In this document: positions 9,291-17,486 of the stretch, piece by piece
Position numbering within the stretch: the stretch's first letter is position 1
Layout of the letters: the number at the start of each line of letters is the position of its first letter
NCBI GenBank assembly: GCA_015485505.1
Contig: WFTK01000003.1
Span: 1 to 59,993, forward strand
Direction: 5' to 3'
Source of the DNA: Patescibacteria group bacterium
GTDB taxonomy: Bacteria > Patescibacteriota > Minisyncoccia > Phycocordibacterales > UBA2100
DNA: 59,993 nt
The notes under the pieces: generated by a model
The model's input: only the letters and a program-made list of their open reading frames with translations
The model's database searches: none
Told to the model about the DNA's origin: nothing
Translations under genes and position numbers: made by a program

Positions 9291-10982
9291 ATGTCTATAC
9301 AATTTAATGATACCAAGCAAACCGAGCGCCTTGAAGAGCTACATACAAAAGAAGAGGAGCAACTTGCTAAGATGCTATCTAAAAAGTATGGAGTAAATTA
9401 TGTAGACCTAACAAGGCAAGGTATAAGCCCAGATGCACTCAAGCTCATACCAGAGGAGGAAGCTCGTGCTGCTGAGATAGCTGCCTTTAAGCTTGCTAAT
9501 AAGACTGTTTATATAGCAGTACGAGCCCCGCAGAGAGCGGACACTGTAGAGAGCATACAACGAGTTAAGAGTTTAGGCTATAACGTCAAGCTATATATGG
9601 TCTCACTTAAAAGTCTTGAGTATGCCTGGGGACATTATAAGGACCTGTCCTTTGCAGCGGCGTCTGATGGTGGTGTGATCAACCTCTCATCAAAGACTAT
9701 TACATCTATGCAAGATGATCTTAAGAGTATTGAGGATATTAAGGTTAATATCGGGCAAGCATTGGCAAGCTCTAAGGCTCATAGAGTATCTCGCATACTT
9801 GAGGTACTCTTGGGTGGCGCCTTGGCGCTCGGAGCATCTGATGTACACATTGAGCCTGAAGATAAATTTATACACGTACGATACCGACTCGACGGTGTTT
9901 TAACAAATATAATGGACTTTGATGCGGCTACATATAAACTGCTAAGATCTCGTATTAAACTCCTCTCTGGTATGAAGATTAATATTACCAACACGGCACA
10001 AGACGGTCGTTTTAGTATCAACGTAGGTGAGCAAGAGATAGAGATAAGGTCATCTGTGATACCCGGCGCTTATGGAGAGAGTGTAGTTATGCGTGTACTT
10101 GACCCATCGGCACTTGGGTTGGATATAGATGCAATAGGTATGGATGAGCATCTTAAAAAGATCTTTATGCGTGAGATGTCTAAGCCTAACGGAATGATAC
10201 TTAATACCGGACCAACAGGCTCAGGTAAGACGACTACACTGTATGCCTTCTTAAATAAAGTTAACAAGCCAGATGTCAAAATAATCACACTTGAGAATCC
10301 TATTGAGTATCATCTTCAAGGTATTGTACAAACACAAATTACTAAAAATTATAGCTTCGCCGATGGCTTACGCGCTATCTTGCGTCAAGACCCTGATGTA
10401 ATAATGGTTGGTGAGATCCGTGATCCTGAGGTAGCCTCTACTGCTGTCAATGCTGCCTTAACAGGACACCTAGTCTTCTCTACTTTGCACACCAATAATG
10501 CTGCGGGTACCTTCCCTAGGATTATAGACCTTGATGTGGCACCTGAGATTATTGGCGCTGCATTGTCTGTCTCTATGGCACAACGCCTAACACGCAAGCT
10601 CTGCACAGAGTGCCGCGTAGCCAAGCCCATGACCAAAGATGAACAACTGGTAGTAAATAGAATCTTAAAGAACATCCCAAGGCCAGGAGACCTACCAACA
10701 AATAGAGACACCCTATGGCACCCAGCTGAAGGTGGTTGTGATAAATGCCAAGGCAGTGGCTACAAAGGCCGTATAGCTATACTTGAGGCCGTATTAGTAG
10801 ACGCTGCTATAGAGCAAGTGGTACGCAATAACCCAAGTGAGGCTGATATATGGCGAGCTGCCAAACCGCAAGGTATACGTCGCATGGCTGAGGACGGTAT
10901 AGTTAAAGCACTTGAAGGTATCACCAGTTTAGAGGAACTCTCTAGAGTAGTAGACCTCACTGAGAACTTGTTTAGAGATTAA
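9291..10982 (+). CDS. pilB: Type IV pilus / type II secretion assembly ATPase (PilB/GspE family)
   Basis: Walker A GPTGSGKTTT, Walker B DVIMVGEIRD, His box GHLVFSTLHTN, C-terminal tetra-Cys CTEC...CDKCQGSGYKGR. Start at ATG 9291 (MSIQFNDTKQ). Confidence 0.9.
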   Translation: MSIQFNDTKQTERLEELHTKEEEQLAKMLSKKYGVNYVDLTRQGISPDALKLIPEEEARAAEIAAFKLANKTVYIAVRAPQRADTVESIQRVKSLGYNVKLYMVSLKSLEYAWGHYKDLSFAAASDGGVINLSSKTITSMQDDLKSIEDIKVNIGQALASSKAHRVSRILEVLLGGALALGASDVHIEPEDKFIHVRYRLDGVLTNIMDFDAATYKLLRSRIKLLSGMKINITNTAQDGRFSINVGEQEIEIRSSVIPGAYGESVVMRVLDPSALGLDIDAIGMDEHLKKIFMREMSKPNGMILNTGPTGSGKTTTLYAFLNKVNKPDVKIITLENPIEYHLQGIVQTQITKNYSFADGLRAILRQDPDVIMVGEIRDPEVASTAVNAALTGHLVFSTLHTNNAAGTFPRIIDLDVAPEIIGAALSVSMAQRLTRKLCTECRVAKPMTKDEQLVVNRILKNIPRPGDLPTNRDTLWHPAEGGCDKCQGSGYKGRIAILEAVLVDAAIEQVVRNNPSEADIWRAAKPQGIRRMAEDGIVKALEGITSLEELSRVVDLTENLFRD

Positions 10983-11082
10983 GCCATTTACACCCTTGCC
11001 ACCCTCTTTAGAGTGTTTTGTAATTATGATTTTATTTGCCATACACTACCCTCTCTGGTAGTGTCAGATGCGAGAGTTGATG

Positions 11083-11091
11083 TGGTATAAT
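11083..11091 (+). promoter_or_regulatory. Extended -10 promoter element TGGTATAAT
   Basis: Perfect TGnTATAAT. The predicted start, about 7 nt downstream, coincides with the first base of a 16-bp helix. Confidence 0.6.
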
Positions 11092-11099
11092 AAAAGCAC

Positions 11100-11249
11100 A
11101 CAATTCTCTAAATGATACTTTCGTGAATCTCGGGGAGAGAAACATTGGTGAAAGCTGAATATGATCTGAGGATAGTCGCAGTAGTTTGGTCGAGACCTTG
11201 TACCACTTCGTCCTTGACCAGATTCATATTATGGTCATTTAGAGAATTG
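11100..11249 (+). ncRNA. Candidate structured RNA (stand-alone ncRNA or ruvB 5' leader), class unknown
   Basis: Perfect 16-bp closing helix 11100-11115 (ACAATTCTCTAAATGA) / 11234-11249 (TCATTTAGAGAATTGT). Second helix 11124-11130 / 11220-11226. Promoter lies immediately upstream. Confidence 0.5.
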
Positions 11250-11289
11250 TATGCTCTAACGGGCAAGAATATAGCACATAAGTTGCAAC

Positions 11290-12297
11290 ATGTCAACACC
11301 TAATAACCAAGAAACTACTAAAAATATGGACTCTAGAGAGTCTATTATTTCAACTACCTTAGACTCAGACTTGCGCCCAAGCGCTTGGGATGACTACATT
11401 GGACAAAAGCGAGTTAAAGACAATCTACACATATTACTAAGTGCTGCCAAGGCGCGCGAGTTACCACCTGAGCATATACTCTTCTATGGCCCTCCTGGAC
11501 TTGGCAAAACTACCCTAGCGCACCTTATAGCCCGAGAGCTTGGCGCTCAAATGAAGCTCACTAGTGGCCCAGCCATAGAGAAGGTTGGCGACCTTGCTAG
11601 TATTATAACCAACCTTAATAAGGGCGACATACTATTTATAGATGAGATACATAGACTCAATAAAAGTATAGAGGAGGTACTCTACCCTGCTATGGAGAGT
11701 GGTACACTAGATATTATTATAGGTAAAGGCCCATCAGCACGTACACTGCAACTTGAGTTGCCGCCGTTTACTCTCGTGGCAGCTACCACCCAGGTGGCCG
11801 GCCTCTCTGCCCCTCTTAGGAGTCGCTTCTCTGGTGGAGCCTTCCGCCTTGAGTATTATAAGCAAATAGATATTGAGCAAATACTAGAGAGGAGTGCTAA
11901 AATATTAGGTGTTAAGCTTGAGGACTCTGCTATAAGTGAGATAGCTAAGCGTAGCCGCTTTACTCCCCGCATAGCCAATTACTTACTTAAGCGCTGTCGC
12001 GACTTTGTAGAGGTGCGTGGCGGAGAGCTTAATGCCAGCTCGGCACACAAGGCACTTGAGCTACTTGAGGTAGATGAGCTCGGTCTCAACCACTCAGATA
12101 GAGAGTTGCTTGATGTTATAATAAACAAATTCTCTGGTGGCCCAGTAGGACTATCAACTCTTGCGGCTGCTACCGGAGAGGATGCAGACACTATAGAGAG
12201 CGTGCATGAGCCATACTTGATACAGTTAGGCTTAATAGAGCGCACTCCAAGAGGTAGAGTAGCCACCCAAGCAGCTAAAGATCATTTGAATAAGTAG
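11290..12297 (+). CDS. ruvB: Holliday junction branch-migration helicase RuvB
   Basis: Walker A GPPGLGKTTLA, Walker B LFIDEIHRL, sensor and arginine-finger regions. Full-length similarity pattern to RuvB. Confidence 0.95.
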   Translation: MSTPNNQETTKNMDSRESIISTTLDSDLRPSAWDDYIGQKRVKDNLHILLSAAKARELPPEHILFYGPPGLGKTTLAHLIARELGAQMKLTSGPAIEKVGDLASIITNLNKGDILFIDEIHRLNKSIEEVLYPAMESGTLDIIIGKGPSARTLQLELPPFTLVAATTQVAGLSAPLRSRFSGGAFRLEYYKQIDIEQILERSAKILGVKLEDSAISEIAKRSRFTPRIANYLLKRCRDFVEVRGGELNASSAHKALELLEVDELGLNHSDRELLDVIINKFSGGPVGLSTLAAATGEDADTIESVHEPYLIQLGLIERTPRGRVATQAAKDHLNK

Positions 12298-12345
12298 TAA
12301 ATATATTGTACTCTTTAAACAACTATAAATTTAATAAACTAAAAT

Positions 12346-12876
12346 ATGAGTGGACACAATAAATGGAGTAAGATTAAGCATAAGAAGGCAGCGACAGATG
12401 CGGCTAAGAGTAAAGTATTTGGTAAGTATGCACAGCTTATAGCATTGGAGTCTAAGAAGTGTAATGGCGATGTTAACTCCCCTGCCTTGCGTAATGTACT
12501 AGAGCGAGCCAAGAAAGAGGGTATGCCTAAAGCCAACATGGAGCGTGCCGTCGCCAAGGGTGCTGGAGCCGGAGGTTCTGATTTTGAGGAGATTATATAT
12601 GAGGCATATGGTCCAGGAGGAGTAGCTATGATAATAGAGGCCATAACAGATAATAAAAACAGGACAACACCGGAGATACGCCATATATTGAGTAAACAAG
12701 GCCTGGAGTTAGCTGCCAGTGGCTCTGCCACATGGGCATTCACTAAGACAAGTGAGGGTTACGAGCCAAATACAAATACTGAGATAAGTGAGGATGATGG
12801 GGAGAAATTAGAGAAGTTGATGGAAGCTCTAGACGACCACGACGATGTACAGCAAGTGTACACCAATGCATCATAA
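12346..12876 (+). CDS. yebC: YebC/PmpR-family regulator, compact form (176 aa)
   Basis: MSGHNKWSKIKHKKA start, YEAYGPGGVAMIIEAITDNKNRT, C-terminal DDVQQVYTN. The middle domain appears to be missing. Confidence 0.8.
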   Translation: MSGHNKWSKIKHKKAATDAAKSKVFGKYAQLIALESKKCNGDVNSPALRNVLERAKKEGMPKANMERAVAKGAGAGGSDFEEIIYEAYGPGGVAMIIEAITDNKNRTTPEIRHILSKQGLELAASGSATWAFTKTSEGYEPNTNTEISEDDGEKLEKLMEALDDHDDVQQVYTNAS

Positions 12877-13352
12877 TGAAAGTGCTCGGTATAGACCCCG
12901 GATATGAAAGATTGGGAGTCTCTATAGTAGAGACTGCCGACAACTCTCCCAAAGACACTTTAATATACTCTACGTGTTTACAAACAAGTGCTAAGCTATC
13001 ATTTACAGATAGGCTACTACAGTTGGGGAATAAGATTGAGCAAATAATAAATGAGTACAGGCCAGAGGTATTGGTTATAGAGCAGCTATACTTCACCAAT
13101 AATCAAAAGACTGCAATGCACGTATCACAAACAATAGGAATGCTCATATTTATTGCTAAGTCGCATAATTTAGACATATTTGAGTATACACCCATGCAGA
13201 TTAAGGTCGCCTGTGGAGGTAATGGCAGGGCCGATAAAAAGCAGATTATGGCAATGCTCCCCCATTTAATACAAATAGATAAAAATATTAAATACGATGA
13301 TGAGTATGACTCTATTGCAGTCGCATTAACTCATTTAGCTCATACCAACTAA
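12876..13352 (+). CDS. ruvC: Holliday junction resolvase RuvC
   Basis: MKVLGIDPGYERLG (catalytic Asp), EQLYF, DDEYDSIAVAL. The start ATG shares one nt with the yebC TAA stop. Confidence 0.9.
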   Translation: MKVLGIDPGYERLGVSIVETADNSPKDTLIYSTCLQTSAKLSFTDRLLQLGNKIEQIINEYRPEVLVIEQLYFTNNQKTAMHVSQTIGMLIFIAKSHNLDIFEYTPMQIKVACGGNGRADKKQIMAMLPHLIQIDKNIKYDDEYDSIAVALTHLAHTN

Positions 13353-13392
13353 CCTAAATACAGGATAACCTGTGGATATTATGTGCTAATAA

Positions 13393-13401
13393 TGGTATAA
13401 A
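13393..13401 (+). promoter_or_regulatory. Extended -10-like element TGGTATAAA, 10 nt before the PBP ATG
   Basis: TGnTATAAA-N10-ATG(13412). Confidence 0.4.
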
Positions 13402-13411
13402 GCTGTATATT

Positions 13412-15856
13412 ATGAGGAAAAAAGGTGAACAAAAGAAAGAGAAGAGGGTTAAAAATAAACTGTCTTTAATGAAAATAGTTAAAATACTCTCTATAGTTGG
13501 AGTCTTGACAACTCTTGCTGTTATATCTTATATCTTTTGGTGGGCAGCCACTTTAGAGATCCCCTCTGTAGACAACTTTGATACTCGGCAAGTAGAGCAA
13601 TCTACCAAAATATACGATCGCACCGGTGAAATACTCTTATTTAATATTTATGGAGATAAGAGACGTACCGTAGTACCTCTTGAGGATATATCTAGACATC
13701 TACGTAATGCCACCATAGCTATTGAGGACGCTGAGTTTTATCAACACAGAGGTATACGCCCAATGCGTATACTTAAAGCTGTATTTGATAACCTTGTATA
13801 TGGTACTCACCAAGGTGCATCAACCCTAACCCAACAAGTGGTTAAAAATGTATACTTATCTAGAGAAAAAACTCTAAGTAGAAAGGTTAAAGAGTGGATA
13901 CTAGCATTAGCCCTAGAGAAGAAGTTGTCTAAAGATGAAATACTCTCAGTATATTTAAATGAGATGCCTTATGGTGGCACAATATACGGAGCTGAGGAGG
14001 CCTCTAAATACTTCTTTGGTAAGAGTGCCAAAGATTTAACCCTTGCTGAGGCATCGTACCTGGCCGCGCTACCCCAGCGACCTACTTATTACTCACCACA
14101 TGGATCTAACAAAAAAGCATTGGATGCAAGACATGAGTTAGTCCTCTCTAAGATGCTTGAGTACGGGTTTATATCACAACAAGAATATACTAACGCAATG
14201 GCTGAGGAGGTAACCTTTAATAAATTTAAAGATTACAATATCTTAGCTCCTCATTTTGTATTTTTTATCCGAGATTATCTAGAGCAAAAATATGGTGCAG
14301 AGGCAGTATTAACAGGAGGACTTAAAGTTACAACTACTATAAATGCAGACTTACAAGAGGCTGGTGAGAGGATAATAAAAAAATATGCTATAAGTAATGA
14401 AGAAAAGTTTAATGCGGAGAACGCCGCCCTGGTAGCAATAGACCCTCGCAACGGGCAAATCCTTGCCATGGTTGGCTCTAGAGACTACTTTGATGACAAG
14501 ATAGACGGCAAGTTTAATGTAGCCACAGCACACAGACAACCAGGCTCAACCTTTAAACCTATTGTGTACAGTACAGCATTTGAGATGGGTTACGCTCCTA
14601 GCACAGTCTTATTTGACCTACAAACACAATTCTCTACAAGCTGTGCTCCTGATGATTTTTCTATGAGTTCTGTATGTTACTCTCCCGTCAACTACGATGG
14701 TAAGTTCCAAGGCCCTATAACTTTGCGTAATGCACTTGCCCAATCTGTTAATATACCTGCCGTTAAGCTCTTACACTTAGTAGGTATTAAAAATGCATTA
14801 GACAAGGCCAAGGCACTTGGTATTAATGGTTTAAAAGAGGGTGCCAGTCATTATGGACTCTCCTTAGTCCTTGGTGGCGGTGAGGTTACCCCACTTGAGC
14901 TCACTGGTGCTTATGCAACATTTGCTAATGACGGCATCAACAACCCCACGGTAGGTATTTTAAAAGTCGAGGACTCTCAAGGTAATATATTAGAAGAATT
15001 TAAATCAAATCCAAAAAGAGTATTGTCTGAGCAAGCAGCACGCAACTTATCAAGTGTATTATCTGATGAGGTGGCTAGAATCCCAGCATATGGACGTCGA
15101 TCTTTTGCATACTTTGATAATTGGGATGTTGCAGTTAAGACAGGTACAACCAATGACTTTAGAGATGTGTGGGTTGTTGGTTATACTCCAGCACTAGCGG
15201 TTGGCACCTGGGCCGGTAACAATGACAACTCCCCTATTGTTAAGAAGGTTGCCGGCTTTGTAATAGCCCCTATGTGGAGAGCTTTTATGGATGAGGCTCT
15301 ACCCCATATACAAAACTTAAAATTCATAGAACCTGATCCATTACCTAATGATGTAAACCCTATGATAGCCGGAGATTGGCAAAAAGCCTTCTCTCAAGCT
15401 GGTGGTGCTCACTCCATATTACACTTTATAGACCCTAAAAAGCCAAGGAGTATGGCACCTGTTATACCTGGTCAAGACTCACAATATGCTAATTGGGAGT
15501 ACCCTGTACAACTCTGGGCATCTGGGTTAAATATAGAAAATACTAACTTTAATAGCCCTGATCTTAATAATATAAATATTAATACGACCTCAGATGAATC
15601 TTTTACAATATCTTACCCACAAGATAACTCTACAGTTCCAGCAGGGAGACCATTAACAGTATTTATACAAAGTAATAAAAACATAAATAAAGTAGATTAT
15701 TATCTAAACGGAGCTTATATTGGCTCATCAAGTAAGGCTCCATACTCTATAACAACAGTACCTCAAAAACGATCTGCACCCAGCACTATTAAAGCCGTTG
15801 CACACTTAACCAACTCCAGTGTATTGATAGATAGTGTTACTTTTAATAGTCAATAA
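13412..15856 (+). CDS. Class A penicillin-binding protein (glycosyltransferase plus transpeptidase) with a C-terminal Ig-like extension
   Basis: TM anchor. GT51 motifs EDAEFYQHRGI and GASTLTQQ. TP motifs STFKP (SxxK), SVN and KTGTT. Confidence 0.9.
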   Translation: MRKKGEQKKEKRVKNKLSLMKIVKILSIVGVLTTLAVISYIFWWAATLEIPSVDNFDTRQVEQSTKIYDRTGEILLFNIYGDKRRTVVPLEDISRHLRNATIAIEDAEFYQHRGIRPMRILKAVFDNLVYGTHQGASTLTQQVVKNVYLSREKTLSRKVKEWILALALEKKLSKDEILSVYLNEMPYGGTIYGAEEASKYFFGKSAKDLTLAEASYLAALPQRPTYYSPHGSNKKALDARHELVLSKMLEYGFISQQEYTNAMAEEVTFNKFKDYNILAPHFVFFIRDYLEQKYGAEAVLTGGLKVTTTINADLQEAGERIIKKYAISNEEKFNAENAALVAIDPRNGQILAMVGSRDYFDDKIDGKFNVATAHRQPGSTFKPIVYSTAFEMGYAPSTVLFDLQTQFSTSCAPDDFSMSSVCYSPVNYDGKFQGPITLRNALAQSVNIPAVKLLHLVGIKNALDKAKALGINGLKEGASHYGLSLVLGGGEVTPLELTGAYATFANDGINNPTVGILKVEDSQGNILEEFKSNPKRVLSEQAARNLSSVLSDEVARIPAYGRRSFAYFDNWDVAVKTGTTNDFRDVWVVGYTPALAVGTWAGNNDNSPIVKKVAGFVIAPMWRAFMDEALPHIQNLKFIEPDPLPNDVNPMIAGDWQKAFSQAGGAHSILHFIDPKKPRSMAPVIPGQDSQYANWEYPVQLWASGLNIENTNFNSPDLNNININTTSDESFTISYPQDNSTVPAGRPLTVFIQSNKNINKVDYYLNGAYIGSSSKAPYSITTVPQKRSAPSTIKAVAHLTNSSVLIDSVTFNSQ

Positions 15857-15871
15857 TAAAGTAACTTAACT

Positions 15872-16132
15872 TTATTTAATATCTTTTATACTTGAGTTTA
15901 ATAAAAGATTATTAATACGAGCTATAACACTACTCTTAACCTCAAATACTGCTGATTTAATACCTGATTGTGTGTTTAAAAATAGTATTCCCTTATTATT
16001 AACTTTTATATCTTCACTATTTAATTCTACTCTCATAATATCTTTAACAGCCTGTATAACAGCATTTTTAACAACTCTCTCAGGCGGCTCTAAGTGCCTA
16101 AACCTATCGAGTAAATTACCTACAACCTTCAT
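15872..16132 (-). CDS. Small DUF721/DciA-like protein downstream of dnaN
   Basis: 86 aa, 2 nt after the dnaN stop. Shows the pattern ...GILFLNTQSGIKSAVFEVKSSVIARIN seen in DUF721 proteins. Confidence 0.4.
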   Translation of the reverse strand: MKVVGNLLDRFRHLEPPERVVKNAVIQAVKDIMRVELNSEDIKVNNKGILFLNTQSGIKSAVFEVKSSVIARINNLLLNSSIKDIK

Positions 16133-16134
16133 GT

Positions 16135-17244
16135 TTAATTATTCATTGGCATTACAAGATAAGTAAATGATTTATCTCCAACTCCTGTAATTATAAGGGG
16201 TTTACCTTGACCAAAAAACATCAATATAACACTGTCTGAATTAATACTATTTAGGCAGTCTAATATATATTTATGATTAACTGATATAGTAGATGACTCT
16301 CCCTCTAATACACCTTGTATAGTATCTTCAGTCTCTCCAAGCTCTCCATTACTTGTACTTACTACCAGCTTTTTATCTTCGGCATCTACTTTAATTGTTA
16401 CCTTATTAAATTTATCTGAAAAGGCTCCGGCCTTTTTGATTATTTGTGACAAATCTTGCTTAAGTATAGTAACAGTTGTAACAGGGTCTTTTGGTATTAT
16501 CTTTCTATAATCAGGGAAGGCTCCATCTATGGTCCTAAGTGTAATATATATATTATTTGTATAGAGAGAAAACTGATCTTTATCTACAATAACAGTAATA
16601 TCATCACCTTCATTTAATTGCTCTAATATACCTAATAGGTCTTGCGTATTTTTTTGAGGTATTAATATGGATAACTCATCTATTGTTGTTATATCTTGAT
16701 TAACTTTCTTCTCTGCTAATCTAAATGAATCTGTCGCCACAAACACTAATTGTTGAGCATCCTTCCATATATATAAGCTAGCCAACTCAGGTTTAATGAT
16801 GGAGTTTGACACAGCATATATTACAGATCTTATACCATTTATAATATTCTTAACTTTTAGTTGTAATTTATCTCCACCATCTTGCTTTATAATATTGGGG
16901 AAGTCATTAGAGTTAAGAGTCTTTATTGTAGTATTACCGTTGTCTAGTTTAATATTTAATACTCCTGACTCTCTAGCACTTAGAGTAACATTATTAGAAT
17001 TTGAATATTTAATGGCATCTAATAAAACCTTAGGAGTAACTAACACACTCCCCTCCTTAAGGCCTGATGCTACAACAGCAACCTCAATACCAACTTCTAG
17101 GTTAGTAGCTTTAATATAAACTTTATCTTCAATAACCTCTATTAGTACACCTTGTAAAGACTCTAGAGTTGCTGACTGATTAACAACTCTTGTTACTAAC
17201 TGTAATGACTTTATTATGTTGTCCTTATTTGTAGTTAATTGCAT
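16135..17244 (-). CDS. dnaN: DNA polymerase III beta sliding clamp
   Basis: 369 aa directly downstream of dnaA. Three-domain clamp-like periodicity; C-terminus ...LVMPMNN. Confidence 0.9.
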   Translation of the reverse strand: MQLTTNKDNIIKSLQLVTRVVNQSATLESLQGVLIEVIEDKVYIKATNLEVGIEVAVVASGLKEGSVLVTPKVLLDAIKYSNSNNVTLSARESGVLNIKLDNGNTTIKTLNSNDFPNIIKQDGGDKLQLKVKNIINGIRSVIYAVSNSIIKPELASLYIWKDAQQLVFVATDSFRLAEKKVNQDITTIDELSILIPQKNTQDLLGILEQLNEGDDITVIVDKDQFSLYTNNIYITLRTIDGAFPDYRKIIPKDPVTTVTILKQDLSQIIKKAGAFSDKFNKVTIKVDAEDKKLVVSTSNGELGETEDTIQGVLEGESSTISVNHKYILDCLNSINSDSVILMFFGQGKPLIITGVGDKSFTYLVMPMNN

Positions 17245-17486
17245 AAGTTGTTAGTTATTTTATTAATTTTATCAATTTAGTATATTAGACTTGTGGATAT
17301 GTGGATATTGATTAATATAGGTATGTATTTAATTATATTTTACCATTTATTTATGTGTATAAATAATGAATATTATTTGATTAAATGTTAATTAATATAT
17401 TTATTTTTATAATTACTATATTTTTATCTAGTTATTAATATTTTATACACAGTTATTTTTACTATTTATTAACAACTTAATAACAT
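17245..17486. other. oriC part II: very AT-rich dnaA-dnaN spacer (candidate unwinding element) with DnaA boxes
   Basis: Tandem TGTGGATAT boxes at 17292-17300 and 17300-17308, TTATACACA at 17443-17451. The rest is almost pure A/T. Confidence 0.65.

Noticed and set aside
11131-11195. Possible TPP (THI-box) riboswitch upstream of ruvB
   Set aside because: CUCGGGG, GUGAAAGCUGA and UGAUCUGAGGAUAGUCGCAGUAG resemble parts of the thiM aptamer. However, the CUGAGA junction is imperfect, no ACCC strand is available to pair with GGGG, and the downstream gene is unrelated to thiamine. A cmscan run is needed, so it is not claimed.
11108-11299. 63-aa minus-strand ORF between pilB and ruvB
   Set aside because: It coincides with the 150-nt helix-closed structure that follows a plus-strand promoter. 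It has no protein-like features and would run into the ruvB start. The region is treated as RNA structure instead.
17245-17486. CRISPR-like or tandem-repeat array in the AT-rich dnaA-dnaN spacer
   Set aside because: It contains only low-complexity A/T runs and DnaA boxes. There are no regularly spaced direct repeats of 24-40 nt, and no cas genes occur anywhere in the window.
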